Positions 41,853 through 57,185 of a DNA stretch of 64,000 nucleotides are shown piece after piece (the stretch's first letter is position 1; each line of letters opens with the position of its first letter). Origin of the DNA: the human T2T-CHM13v2.0 reference genome, Homo sapiens. Position numbers and translations under genes: made by a program. Where the stretch lies: assembly GCF_009914755.1 (NCBI RefSeq), contig NC_060930.1; one strand, given 5' to 3'. The notes under the pieces were generated by a model. It made no database searches and had not been told where the DNA came from. It worked only from the letters and a program-made list of their open reading frames with translations.

Positions 41853-43919
41853 ACTTGCCGAATCCAATTAGCAGCTTTGTAGCTACTTATTCAGAATGGC
41901 TATAGCAAAGTCTCGCTTCAAATGCCACAAACAGCCAGGTCTCCCAGCCCCTGATTCACTTGTATGCTAACAGCAAGGATCACTGCCAGAGTGGAACAGA
42001 ACAGACGGGTTCTGCGATGAGTTAGAAACATGCTTTCCCCTGGATCCCAGATTTTTGTCTGTCCTCACCAGAGATTGACACAGAAGCGCTAGGAAGCTCT
42101 TGGAGACTTTTAGAGCTGAGGAGCCAGAGAGAGATCTTAGTGGTCACCTGGTCCTGATGAAGGAGCTGGGGCCCAGGGATGGAAGGCAGTTGCTCAGGAT
42201 TACACAGATGGGTAAGAAGAAGGCCCACATCATAGGAACCCAAACCTCCTGACACCCCACGCCTTGCCCTCCCCAAGACCCCCCCCAGGTCTCTCTCCCA
42301 GGTATGTCTTAGGAAGGGACAGTGTGGTGTCCGGAGAGAACCGTGCTGACTCTGCCCCACCCAGCAGGGTGAACTGGCAAGTCATGACCCTCCCAGCTCT
42401 CAGTTTCCTGATTGTTACTGTAAGCGTAATGCTCTGTAAGAGAGTTTGAGAAGTATATGAGATAGTCATATGAAATTGCCCAAAACAAGTAGAAACTCTT
42501 GTTTTAGGCACCTAAAATCCCTTCGTTCTTGATTTGAGGGCAATGAGGTGGAGAGAGGGTGAGGGAGGAGAGAGAGAGCAAGAACATGTGTTGTGTGAAA
42601 ACATTATGAATCAAAGTTACTACTGCAAACTTTGAAGAAAGATGGTGGCCAGAGGGGACTCTACTTTGGACATCAATTTATTTGGTAGATAATAAAGAAA
42701 AAGGGTGCCCTCTCGGACATTTTTCTCTAGGACTCAGAATTTATATTTAAACCTCTGTTCCAGCTATAGAGCTCTGCTCCGTGCCTGCCAACAAGATATT
42801 AGATCCCTCTGCAGCTTTCTCCTTGGACACTTGCCTGCATTTGTGAGTTGCTGTTTTTGTCATTGGAATAGACCAGTTTCTGTACCTGGAGGCTAAAGTG
42901 AATGAGTGTCTTTTAATGAATCGCAGAAATGATCAGCTGTGGCACGGAGCTGTCAGTAACCCAGCCTCTCTTGCCACCTATCACCTCCCCATGTAACATG
43001 CATAGACATTTCATGCCTTTGTCCTATCTGTTGAAAAGGGAACAGCACGTCTGTCTTCTCTCTCTGCTCTGTTTTGATTTTTCCTATGACCAGAGGTTGC
43101 TGCAGAGAGTGATTTTTAAAAGACAAAACCAAACAGGATCATTCTTCTTCCAAATCAAATATGGTCAACGTAGCCTTTCAGAGAGAGACTCACCGGCCAT
43201 TAAAACTTCTCATAGTTTTAATGAAAAGTGGCAGTCCAGCACCATGGTGGTGCTGAGAGAGGACCTGCCTACATGTCACATGCAGCTAGAGGGGCTCACA
43301 GGCCAGGAATAGTATGAGATTGCCTACATAGTGTCTAACACATGGCACCGAAATTTTAGTTAACATCAGTGCTCTTACTTTTTTCTTTTTAAGTAACACC
43401 AGGGACACATAACTTTTTATTAATCTAAATAAATATGTGTGTTGCTCATTAAGCAAATTAACAAAGCTTGTAATACTGATAATTATAGTAACTGCTATCT
43501 TTTATTGAGTATTTATTTTGTTCCAGGCACTGTGTTAGGATCTCATACACATATATCTATCTGACTTAAAGGTGATGAAACTGAGGATTAGAAGGATTCA
43601 GTAACTTGCCACAGTGGAATCACCTAGTATGCACTGAGAGTGGGTCCGTGTGCCTTCAGAGCCAGCGCTCTCAGCCCTTCTGCTGTTTTGCTTCACAGTG
43701 TGTTCCAGGGAGTAGTCGGATCTCTGGGAAGCCTGAGACTGATTGTAACGGCCAGGACAGGAGATCAGCTCTCCTGAGCTATTTACTCCAGCCTAGGGCA
43801 CTTCTGCGAAAACCATCTGAGAGTATCTCTGGAAGACTGGGGCATCTGAAACCACGGCTTTAAAACAGTCTTGCCAGAGAGTAAACTTAGTTTCCATAGG
43901 TTGTGATCTGAACCATCAT

Positions 43920-45700
43920 GTTAATGTTGCTAGCTTCTCACATCCACTTCCTTTATGAGTTCATTTTCCTTTTTCCTGAAATATACCCTTCTTAGGTCTT
44001 TCTTCAAAGGTATGTGAGTTGCAGACCTTTTCATTGTGTCTCACTTTGAAAATGTTTTTATTTTGCCAGTGTTCTAAAATAACAGCTTAGCTGGGTATAA
44101 TTGATGTAGGTTGACAGTTTCTTGGTATTATTCCATTAGCTCCTGAACTCTTTGTAGCTACTGAGAAAGCTATTTCTTTGTTGTTGCTTTGTAAGTCCTA
44201 TTTTTCTTCTCTAGTTATTTCCAAGGTCATCTCTTCATCTTGGGTGTTCTGCAGTTTCATTACAATGTGACTAATACAGTTTTTTAAAAATTAACCCCAT
44301 TCAGGACTTATTATGTTTCCTGAGTCTGAAGAGTTCATTAATTCTGGAAACTTCTCAGTCATTGTCTCTTTAGATATTGCCTCTCTTTGTTCTCTCTACA
44401 TTTTTCTGATACTCATATTCTATCCTATATGTTTCTTAACCTGTTTTATATTTTCCATTTCTGTCCTTCTCTCTACTGTATTCCAAACAGTTCCTTAGAG
44501 TTGTCTTCCAATTTACTCATTCTCCATTCAGCTGTGTCTAATCTGTCATTTAACTCTGCGACTCATTTTTAAATTATATTTTTATTTCCATACATTTTTA
44601 TGTAAGTCTTTTTTTATTATACTTTAAGTTCTGGGGTACATGTGCAGAACATGCAGTTTTCTTACACATGCCATGGTGGTTTGCTGCACCCATCAACCCG
44701 TCATCTACATTAGGTATTTCTGCTAATGCTATCCCACCCCTAGCCTCCCACCCCTTGAGAGACCCTGGTATGTGATGTTCCCCTCCCTGGGTCCATGTGT
44801 TCTCATTGTTCAACTCCCACTTATGAGTGAGAACATGTGGTGTTTAGTTTTCTGTTCTTGTGTTAGTTTGCTGAGAATGATGGTTTCCAGCTTCATCCAT
44901 GTCCCTGCCATTCTTTTTTCATTATGCTCTTTCTTGTGGTTCTTTTATGTCTTTAAGCATTTTAAACATTCTTAATTGTTTAAATTCATTTTCAATCATT
45001 TAAGTACTTTTTTTATTGTTCTTGTATCTGAAATCCTTGGGACACTGATCCTTCTGTCTTTTATGTTTAGTATATAATGGGTTATTTCTTCATGTGTTCT
45101 GTAATTTGGGGCCTTGAGGTTATGTTCATTGGAGCATATCCTGAGACAATCCCCTGTGGCCAGCCTTTTCCTCAGTGCTGTTTCTGCATTTTCTTCTGCC
45201 AGGTCTTCAAGGGTTAGCACCTTCCCAAGACCAGTTTTATGGTAATTTCTCAGCTTGAGGGTCTGAGGTACTGTACACTTTGAACTCTAAATCCACATGA
45301 GACACAGACCTGGAATTTTAATTTTCAGGGTAGGCTTCTTCTCCGTGTTCTTCAAATCCAGACAGAGGCAAGATTCCTTTTTGCCAGTCTGTGCCAAGGA
45401 TATGTTTTGTTTTGTTTTGTTTTCCCTAGTCTGCTGTTACATCAAGGGTGGCAACCCTTTAGAATACCCACACCGGGCAGGAATCTCAGTTCCAACTTCT
45501 TGGTTCATGTCGGCCAAAGCTTTCATTCTCAGGTGAAGGTTAAAATCTAAGCTCTAGGTTACAATAATGGATACTTTCTCTGCTCCAGGTAGCTACAGCA
45601 TTGGGCACTTACTGCTGTGGTTTGTGTTATTTACTTTTTGCGTCTGGAGATTTTTTTCCCTTGCTTTCTTATTATCTCCTCAGCTACCTACTTTTTTATA
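43920..45700 (-). mobile_element. Old L1M internal fragment (interrupted by L1PA)
   Basis: T-rich antisense L1 text: tttgaaaatgtttttattttgcc, gttctgcagtttcattacaatgtg, ttctcagtcattgtctctttagatatt. Confidence 0.7.
44609..44908 (-). mobile_element. L1PA 3' end (about 300 bp, 5'-truncated)
   Basis: ttattatactttaagttctggggtacatgtgcagaac...ttcaactcccacttatgagtgagaacatgtggtgttt. Confidence 0.93.
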
Positions 45701-45720
45701 AAGTCACTACTCTTACATAT

Positions 45721-46100
45721 TGTATTAGTTCATTCTCACACTGCTATGAAGAACAACCCGAGACTGGGTAATTTGTGAAGAAAAGAGGTTTAATTGACTC
45801 ACAGTTCTGCAGGCTGTACAGGAAGCATGGCCGGGAGGCCTCAGAAAACTTACAATCATGGTGAAAGGGGAAGCAGACATGTCTTACCATGGCAGAGCAG
45901 GAGAGAGAGAGAGAGCGAGGGGGAAGCACTACACACTTTCAAACAACCAAATCTCATGAGAACTCACTATCACAAGATCAGCAAGGGAGAAATTTTTTCC
46001 CATCATCCAATCACTTCCCACCAGATCCCTCCCCCAACACTGGGGCATTACAATTCAACATGAGATTTAAGTGGGGACAAAGAGTCAAAAAAATCATATT
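45721..46100 (-). mobile_element. MST (MSTA-like) MaLR solo LTR
   Basis: tgtattagttcattctcacactgctat...gaaaagaggtttaattgactcacagttctgcaggctgtacaggaagcatgg...caattcaacatgagattt. Confidence 0.92.
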
Positions 46101-47044
46101 AACATTATTCAGCACATCTAGGTACATGTAGCAGTAGAATCTTTAGTTTATCTTATTCTGCATCACTCTAGAACTTTCTAAGTCATACTATCTGATTATA
46201 AACTAACTGTCATACATAGGAAAAATTGTGGTAGACAAAGAGGTAGACATACTCTTCGATCACATGTTTCAGCCACCTGTCCAAAACACACACTTTACCC
46301 AACCTGTGCTCATTTATTTGCCCAGTAAAAAATTCAGCACGAAGCAATGGGGCCTAAAAATGTTGGGCCACACCAGTAGCTTCTTCAAGGCATGACAGTG
46401 TTTCACAATCCCCCCAAGCCCGTAATTGAAGCCTCTTGACATTTTGCCTTTGAAATTAACCCATGGGCAGTCTTATTAAATTCTGCCTAAGCATTCATAA
46501 TAGACAGACTTCAACTTGAGAAAGTTGATTATGTTTCTCTCCAGTGCCCCAGAAATGTAAGCCTGACATCTTTTTTTTTTTCTTTTGAAGTAAGAAAATA
46601 CCAAGAAGAGAACACTTCTTTTCACAAAGTTTGGAAATGGACAACTGCAACTCAATACAATTTTGAAAGAGTTTATTGACTCTGACTTTTACTTTATTAG
46701 TACTTACTTGTTCCAAGTTGCTGACAATGCTTCAGTCTTATGGCTTCAATTTTTCCTAACTGAGGGAGTAGTTAGGAGCAAATAGCATCATTTCTGTTTT
46801 ATTGAGACCTGGAGAGTCCCTAGATTTATCCAAGTAGCAAAGATAGCCAGACCTCCAAAAAAAAACTGTGCCCTTGAACCCAACCCAACCCACTTGCCCC
46901 AAGCAAAATTACTTTTTCGCAGAAGTATATTTTAAGATTATTCCCTCAAGTTTCATCAAGGGATCAGCCTTATGAAACCTGCTAGTGCTTTGAGGTGGGA
47001 TATAGCTGAGACGTTGACCGCAAACGTCAGATAATGTTTTCTAG

Positions 47045-47260
47045 CCAGGATTAAGAGCATAGCTTTGGAGGCAGTTGCATGCCTAAATTGGAATCCCACC
47101 TCTGTCACCTAATATTTGGGTGCATCTCTGCAATAGGAGGTGACAGTGTCTGCCTCTCAGGATGGCTGTTCCAATCACAGCCAGTGAGATCATGTGGGTA
47201 CAAGGGCTCTGGAAGCCGCATAACTTTATAATTGTTCATTGTCTCTATTGTTGCTACGGT
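47045..47260 (+). mobile_element. MIR
   Basis: ttaagagcatagctttggaggcag...gaatcccacctctg...catctctgcaatagg. Confidence 0.7.
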
Positions 47261-48569
47261 TACTATTAATAAAATGTCTTCAATTTTACCAACACTGTGT
47301 GATGGCAAGGCCCAGAGCTTTCTTTAGTTTTATGCATATTTGGAATTTAAAAGTTGTTTTCATAGAGAAGTACATGGTTCTAGGATGAGTTTCCATCAGT
47401 TTGTTATGTTAGCTCTTCAGGTGAAGAGGTTGTATGGGATAGTCACGTTCCTCCCTAGAAGGTAAAAATGAATCCACAAGACATGTGCCATAACTGTGAT
47501 ACAGCTATGAAACAGTAAGCACAAACATTCCAGCAACTTCTGAATTCAGACAAACACTACACCCTCCATGTGGTCTATGTTGAAGTCCTGTAATGCAGCC
47601 AGTTTTTTTTTTTAAAGAATTTTTATAGGCCCAATAATAAGCCACATCAGGAACCATATCTTGTTACTTTATGGTTATGCCTTCTTTTAACATATATGGA
47701 ATATTAATCAATTAGATTACTTTTTCTCACCAATTTTGGCTCTAAATGTTGCCGGGCCATTTGCAAAAATGAAGTCTCCCTTTTATAGTGATACATTTAA
47801 ATAGTCATTTATAATTATAAAGTGCCTGAAAAACTTATCCGCTCTCAGTAACACTGTGAAGCAGTTGGAATCCTCACTGTAAAACAGGGCTACCTAGGCT
47901 TAGAGCCGTGAAGGGACTCGCACCAACTCACTTCTCTTACAAAGAGGAGCTCTAAGCTGAGAATCCAGTGTCTGACCTCCTCAACCAACCTGTTTTGTGC
48001 TTGTCTTGCTGCCTTTACGCTCTGCAGAGCAAGGATTTCTCTCTCTTTGGAAGAATGTGTTCCCCTAAATGAGTTCCCATCATATCTTCAACAAGTTTCA
48101 CTTGAATTTGTAAATTCTGAGATGAGTTTGGGCAAATCGCTGTCTCTGGAAGCTTCGCTCTCTCCTATTGTTAAAAAATGGAGTCAATTTAAAGTTGCCC
48201 CCTGAGCCTTAGGGGTTCTGAGGAGCGGATGGGAAAGGGCTGTGTTGAGTGGGGCAGAAGGCTAGTATGTGGGGTCCTCTTGCCCCTTCAGCTAGAGCAG
48301 CTTTGCTTTGAGCTGTGCCACATACAGTGTAATTTAGGGGATACAAATAGGAAGGGCAGAGAGATTGGGGTTCTGTTTCATTAGAAAAAAAAAGATCTAA
48401 GCCAGGAGGCCCTGAGATGGTGGTGCTCTAAACTGAGCTTGACGGGACATGCAGAACTGTTTTCTCCATGTTATAGATGAGAAAACCCATATGTAGAGAA
48501 GGTAAGCGATCTACCTAGATCCCATAGCTCAGAGGAGGAGAATGGGAATTTAAACTCAGATCACAGGGC

Positions 48570-48960
48570 CTTGATATGTGCCATCCCCTCTGTCTGGGAC
48601 TGCCCGCCACCCGCTCTCACTTTCTTTCACTCCATCGGTTCCTACATCGGTCAGGCCTTAGCTTGTTGGTACTTCCACAGGGAACCTTCCTTGACTTTTA
48701 ATAGCCCTTTTGTGTGGCCTCATGGCACCATGTACCTTCCCTCCATAACTTTTAGCACATTGTAATTTACATTTCTTTGTAATTCTTTAACTAATGCGTG
48801 TCTCCTATGCTAGACTGTGGAATCTACAAGTCATGTCTTGTTTGTTTTGTTTTGTTTTATTCCACCATTAGGTCCTCAGTACCCAGCAGAATACATGGCA
48901 TATGGTGGGTGGTCGGCATTCATTTGCTGAATGAATAAATGAATTGAGTGGATGCATGAA
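48570..48960 (+). mobile_element. L2 3' end
   Basis: gtgtctcctatgctagactgtg...ggcatatggtgggt...catttgctgaatgaataaatgaat. Confidence 0.75.
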
Positions 48961-51900
48961 TGGGGACAGTGATGTTAAACATCATATGTGCTGCTTCCAG
49001 GGTCCCTTTCGACTCTGACCACCAGTGGTCCTGGCGTTTCCTAGCCAGGGCTGTCATGCTGTTTTGCTGCCAAAAACGGGTAGAGGAGTTTGAAGGGCTA
49101 TCATGGAGGAGAAGGACTGGAGTGAATCCAGGGCGAGTGAGGAGAAACACAGGACACACTCGTCAGCTTAGTATAAGGGGAGCCCACACTGTCAGAGCAT
49201 GGAATGGGCTGCCCCACAAGGAATCCAACATAAGGCCTGGCAGAAAGAGCTCAAGCATGGACCAGAAGACCCCTCTGGTGCCTTACCTTTGACTCTGTGA
49301 TTTCATGAACATGTTACTTGTATGATGAATATTTAATCAGGATATCACTGCTATATTCCAGCCTAGAATATTGTAGACGGAGGAGGTGCATCCTACCAGC
49401 CAAATCCCTGTTTTGCCCCTCTTCCCTTCAATCTCTCACTGTTTGTCGAGAGATGGTGCAATTAATTAGACCCAGAGTTCCCCTCAAAGGTATTTGCAAA
49501 ATAACAGTGTCATTGGAAATGTATACAAATTTCTCTTTACCGATGTGTAATTCCTTCATAATTAACGGACACTGAGTCTTAAAGTAATTAACCTATTTCT
49601 TCCATTAGTCGCTGAAGAAATAAAAGTTTTACAACATAACACAGTCATAGGTAATTCTACTCATGAATAATGGGGGTTGAGGGTGATGCCGCAGTGAACT
49701 CCTTGGATAGGTGGCTCTTAATACCATATGGGTGACATGGTAATCTCATGTCCTCTGCCTATCTTTTCTGACCTCCAACTTGTTTATGGTCTGTGCCATT
49801 CATTTAACATCTCAGTAGTTCTCTCTTATTTGCCAGGAATGAGACCTCAAGTGAACAGGAGGCTGGTGTCTGTATGCAGTGAAGCCACTCAGAGCAGGGT
49901 CATCCCAGCCTTTCAGAGGAGTCTTTTCAGGACCTGATCCTGGGTCCAGTTTTTCCTGTCGCTTTCTTAATGATGGATTTTTGGCTGTGCCTTCTCAAAC
50001 AGAAATATAAGGCTCTCTTCTGTGACCCCACCCCTCCCTGCCGCATCCCAGCCCATTTCTGTACTCTACCGTCTGTACACGCAGACCAGCTGCTCTCAGC
50101 TATTTGCGATTCCTTGGACTGGTCTGTGCAGGCTCACAATTCTGTCTGTGCTCTCCGCAGAAAGGGCTTTTCCTCTGTACCACTTAACCATGTGCCAAAG
50201 TCATGTCCCATCCTTCCATCACCAGTTCATTTGGCGCCAGTCTGTGAAACTGCTCTGATCGCTCCTGGACAGGGTGAACCACTTTGTGGACATACCATGG
50301 CCAAAGCCAGCTTCCTACGGTGATTGTACACAGCCTGTCCTCTTTCAGTAGGTCATGCGCCGTCTGAAGAGGTCCCTATTGGGCCATTTGTACCTGGAAC
50401 ATATACTCAGCAAATCTTTTTTGAAATGGAAGGGGAAATAATACAATGAATGCCCCTTGCCACCAGTACCTCTGGTGACGTTTTGCCAGCTGGACTGAGC
50501 TCCTTGCTCTCCACCTGTCAAAATCCTACTTGTGCTTTAACATCTAGACCTAATCTCATCTCCTCTGCCAGTCTACTGACTTCCAAGTTGTCTATGGTCC
50601 ATGCCATTTATTTAACATTTAGTATTAATGGTTTCATCCTGTTGACTGTCTATTCATGTATAAATGTCTTATGGACCCCAAGTGGATTGTAATATAGCCT
50701 AATCCTTCTTTCTGTAACTTTGAGATACATCTTCCCCTCACACTACCACTGTGTCATGCACAGAACAGCCACTCCATGAATATGTATGTATTGATCAAGC
50801 AGTTCGTATACCTGTTTGTGTCTCCTGCAATGTCCACCTCAGCACAGAACAAATAAATGCTGATCAATTGCTTGAGTTGGAAACGTAGCACTTCACCTGC
50901 CACAGATCTTCTGTTCTGTTACCTGACTCATCCACCAAAGTGTCGACACGATTGGGAGGCTGCCTTGTAACAGTACAGAGTTAAAGTTAGCTCTGTTGAC
51001 TTTGGCTCTGCAGACTAAGCCAGAGAGAAAAATAAAATCTCTTCCAAATTTTCCACACAAACGAAAAGCACAGGGCTTTGGAAATATGTGCAAAATGAGA
51101 CATTACTTCTTGTTAGAAATGTAAAAGGATGGCTCAGAAGATAATGGAATAGTTGAAAAGAATGTGTTAAATATGGCCAGACCCTGCCATAGCATTAAGA
51201 GTGGAGGATCTAAAAAAAAAAAAAAAAAAAAGAGGCATTTGTATACAATGCAAGGTATCTTCATTGCTAAGCTAATGAAATCATGAAGATGCTCCATCCA
51301 GGGAGGGCAGAAACCAATCACATGAGACTCATTGCAGCCCCCCTGCTGTGTGCACACCAGTGAGCTGTTGTCTGTTTTGTTTTGTTTTTCAATATAATGT
51401 GGGTTCCCAACTTGCATTTCTAGTAATAATCACTGGGCATCATGTGTTCAGGGTTCATCTATGTTGTAGCATGTATCATATCAGTGATCCATCTGTACAG
51501 ACGAGGAAGTTGAGGCTCAGATAATTTGTCTAAGGTCATTCAGGTCTTTCTGTGTGGGCTGAAGTAGAGGTGGATAACCTTCAGCTGCCTGAATAATAAT
51601 ACCAACTGTTAACTGTTAGCATGAACAACACTTAACACTTTACCTATACATTTTTTTCATTCAATTCCTTCAAAAACTCTTGTTAGTTCATGATCTATAT
51701 TTTAGAAGGAGAACCTGGACTAGAAATTAAGAACTAGCCCAAGACTCTGTAACTGAGAAGTGGTAAAGCTGGGCGAGTCTGCATCCCAAGTCTCTCCATA
51801 AGAGAGTCCATTAGATTTCCCCGGAGCAGTTATTGTCATATACACACGCATGCAAGGACCAAGGAGCTCGGCCACATCCCGCAGGAGGTGCTTGGCAGGA

Positions 51901-52575
51901 GACACTCACTGGGAAGTACCAGGAGAAGTCACAGGGAGTGATGGGAATAAAAACCTGGGGGTGTTTTGAAACATCCCTGAGGACTTGGCGAGTATTTGAT
52001 GTTAAAAAGCATTTCTTGCCTGCAAAACACGTGTCTCTAAGGAACTCTTACGTTGCCGACGTGTGCTGGCTAGGAGCTGGGCCCGGCGGGGGAGGCCCTC
52101 TCTCTCTCTGCCTCTGGCCCTGCCTCCATCAAGGCCTGGATTGGAGTTGTCTTTCCCAAGGCAGTAACTGTCAGAGGAACCATCTGGACTGGTTTCTTGT
52201 GACTGACTCTGAGGAACAGAAATCCCTCTGGGAGGAAATCACAGGCACAGCAGCAGCAGGGAGCGGCAACACTGGTGTTCACTGGCTGGGAGCTGGGGGA
52301 GGCACCGCTCAGAATGGCCCCACAGGAGCGTCAGGCCCAGGACAGACCGTTGTGAGAACGAGGAGGAGAACCTCCTCTCCTCCTCTGGGGAGTGCGTGTA
52401 TGGTATTTGCGAAATAACAAAGGGAATAGATGGAGGGGGCGAAGAAGTGTCCAGAGCATTGTTAACTGATGGAGCCCCATCATCTGCACGATGGCTTTCT
52501 CAGTGGGCCCTGCCACGCTGCACTTTGCCCTCATTAGGCCAGCGTGCTTCCCTCCGGCTCCCATCGCTCATATCA

Positions 52576-52908
<333 letters not shown>

Positions 52909-53479
52909 CTAGGATTCTAGAGCCAGAAGGAGCCTCAGAGCACATTTATTCCACTCCTGTCACTGGGGGCAAAAATGAGGCCAGTAGAGGTTAAATGACT
53001 CGCCCAGATTCACACAGTCATCACAGGAGCTTGGGCTGGCACCCAGGCCTCCTGCCTCCAGGCCTGTGTCCTCTTCTTGCATTAAGCCCAGAGCAGTTCA
53101 TTAGGAAAACCGTATAGAGTCATGAGACCCTAAGTCTCATGATCAGAATTTCATCTTCTCTTCCCTTTTGTTTTTTTTTTTTTTTTTTAACATAGAGAAG
53201 GTAAAGGGGGAAAATGATTTACTTAGTTTCCAGACCACTTATTTAAATCCTGCCCAATCTGACTTCCACTCCTCACTTCACTGTTGCAGCCAAAGCTAAC
53301 TAATGCATCCGTGCTCCAGGGGAAGGAATCTCTTCCCATCCTCAGTCCAAAGTCAGAGTCCAAACTCTGAGGAGGGTAAAAGAAACACAGGAAATACAAG
53401 TCCCTCACCCCCACAGCCTCATTACACTCTCCAATAAGCCACAGGAGTAAAGGAGGAAGATGGGGCGGATGCGTAGGTA

Positions 53480-53700
53480 TGGAGCGCCTACTCTGGGTGG
53501 CTGGCTCTGTATTAACACTCTACACGCCCCCTCATTCAGTCCTCACAAACCCTGGAAAGCAAGTTTTGTTCGCCTCACTCTGCAGATGGAGTTATTGAGG
53601 CGAGAAGGGTGATGTAAGCTGCCCAGAGTCGCACAGCTAGCAAAGGGCAGAGCAGGAATTAGAACCAAGTTTCTCTAGCTGCAAAGTCTGGTTCTCCACT
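53480..53700 (-). mobile_element. MIR
   Basis: ctcattcagtcctcacaaaccct...gcagatggagttattgaggc...gcacagctagcaaagggcagagcagga. Confidence 0.8.
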
Positions 53701-56055
53701 CCACCATGCCCATTCACTTCTATATTTTCAGGAGAGGCCATGGAACCTGTCCTCACTTCCTCCTCCTCCTCCTGCCTTACTGTGCCTCTTGCCCGAGTCC
53801 AGCCCTACCCACTAAAGCATTGCACGTATTGACCCTCGCAGCCATGCACAGTGCCTCTGACGTGGGCAGCTCCAGACTGAGCTTCTGCATCAGACAAGCA
53901 GGAGACAGATGAGGAGTGAGCCGGGGAAACCCAGTGTTTGTTACTCTGAAAATGGAAGCTGCCCCGTGACAGCATCTTCTCTCCCGTTGAGTAATCCCTG
54001 CATGAATAGATGGCAGCTGCAGTGACTGCTGGTCATATGTGATCTATTCTGGGAGGTGTTGAGCGCACCATCCAAGAACATGAAGTCGCTGCTCTGTCAC
54101 AGATGGAGAAGCAGACTATTGTGGATGTTGCAGGAGCTGGGATTTGGCTGGATCCCCTGGAAAGGTTTTATTTTGAGTGCAGAGCCTGTTTGGTTGCCAG
54201 GGTAAACCAAGTGGTTGTATGATAGAGGAATTCCAACCCTCGCTAACACTCTGACCCCTTGTGCCAGCTTTCCAATAAGGCTTGAGAGTTCTTTAGAAAA
54301 TCTCCTTCTTGGCACACTTTGAACTGGAGAGCAGTGACACTCTTGGCAGTGCTTTTGGTACTTGTTAGTTGTATCACTTAAGTTGATCGGGAAAAGAAAA
54401 TAATCACTGGGGAGGGACCCCTTTTAAACATTTATAGTTTTGAGAATGCTTCACTGATCCAGCCCTGACTATACTCAGCACCTATACATCCTTGTCTTTG
54501 GTCTAGGGGCTCTGGTAGGAGGCGGCATTGAAATATGCCATCCCCTCCCTGCTGTTGCATTCTGCCGTCCAGCCCAGCTCTCCCATTGGCCCACACGGGG
54601 CTGCCCCTCTGGCCCTGGCTCTCGGCTTCCACACAAGCAGCTACTCTTGTACAGGATGGTAAAGTTAGGTGGCATTCACACTGGAGCAGGGACCAGGATC
54701 CAAGTGAAAGTAAGTTTCAGGAAAAGCTTGAGTCATGTTTCCAGTTTCAAGAGCCAGGCTGAATCTCTCAGAAGGGGAGCTGACGGGCGGCAGTGGGAGA
54801 GTGGAAGAGGTGGGCCCTGGGCACAGCATGTACTATGGCATCGCTCATCACCTGCCAATGGCAGGGAGCGTGGGCTGTCTTATATTCTGTTTGCCCCTCT
54901 CAAGAGGTAAGCTCCTAGCAGGCAGGATAACCTGAAGCCCTCTGGTGGGCCCTGTAGTGCCGCACTGTACTAGACAAACAGCGCGTGTCAGTGTTCTCGG
55001 GGAGGTGGGAGAAATTATGCACTGAAGAGCAAATCTCGGGAGAACATGAGGTTCCACGTGGGGTGCGGTGTGGCTGACTTCATCGCCAAGCAAGTACCAG
55101 CCCCTCCTGCTGTCATGGGCGTACTAGGGAACAGTCCTTTGCTCAGCCGGCTCCTGGGTTTCTGCAGGACCTCAGCAGGCTGCTAACTCCCGGATGTGAG
55201 CTGGTTGAGGGCAGATACTGGGTCCCCTTCATGTGCTTCTCTGTGTCCAACTCAGTGACTGAAACATGCTGTTTGTTGAATAACTAAAGGAATCTATGAA
55301 TAAACTGGTGACAATGGAAGCCCCAGAGGTTCAAACATTCTAAGATGCCTATACCAAAATCTTTAAAAAAAATCAAACTCTATCCAGTGACCAACTCATT
55401 TTAGCCAATACCCCAATGCAATGAAATTGTAGCACCAAAAAAATTTTTTTAGAATCTCTCTTCAAACTCCTTATAATGGGATTTGACCTCTCAGACTTAG
55501 TAATGGGCAATCTGGTTTACTTTGCCTATGAGTAGAAGCTGTGAAGTACATAAAAGAGAACTTTTGTTTGCCTCTAAAACTCCAGGTAGTCAGTGCAGCC
55601 TGTTCTGTCCTTCGGGGCAGGCTTCTTGTCCTGATGAGTGTGCCTGCGTGAGTTGGGGGAGGACAGTAGCAACCTCGTGGTGCCCACCCCGGCCCCCATG
55701 CTCTTACCCTTCCTTTCTTACCCTTGCAGCCATCCCATTTTCCCAGCCAGCTGTCTGGCTTCCCAGACCACCTTTTAATGCCCCTATAAGCAGGAAAGAC
55801 ATTAAATCGTCTGTGCCCCAGGCACAGCCCACCCCACTCACAGTCATTCTTCCTGTCCAGCTGTGCCCTCTGTTGGTGGAAGGGCAGAGCCAGAGAGGAG
55901 CATGGGCTCATTCCATCTCATTTTTTAACAGAACAGTTAAAAGAAATTACTCTTCTCCATAACTTGCAAACCTTGTCACTTCTTAGAGGACATTGGGATT
56001 AAAGGAAGAGGGTGACAGTTAATAGCTGGGCTCTGAAACCAGATTTCCTAGTTTT

Positions 56056-57185
<1,130 letters not shown>

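Noticed and set aside
43237-43255. CAGCACCATGG resembling a REST/RE1 site
   Set aside because: The right half (ACAGCGCC) is absent; it is only an 8-bp inverted repeat.
51833-52417. 194-aa plus-strand ORF
   Set aside because: Non-ATG start, no recognisable homology and no clear exon boundaries.
54875-54912. Pyrimidine tract followed by AAGAG|GTAAGC, a possible recursive splice site
   Set aside because: The acceptor would be GAG with a competing upstream AAG, a poor fit to YAG|GT.
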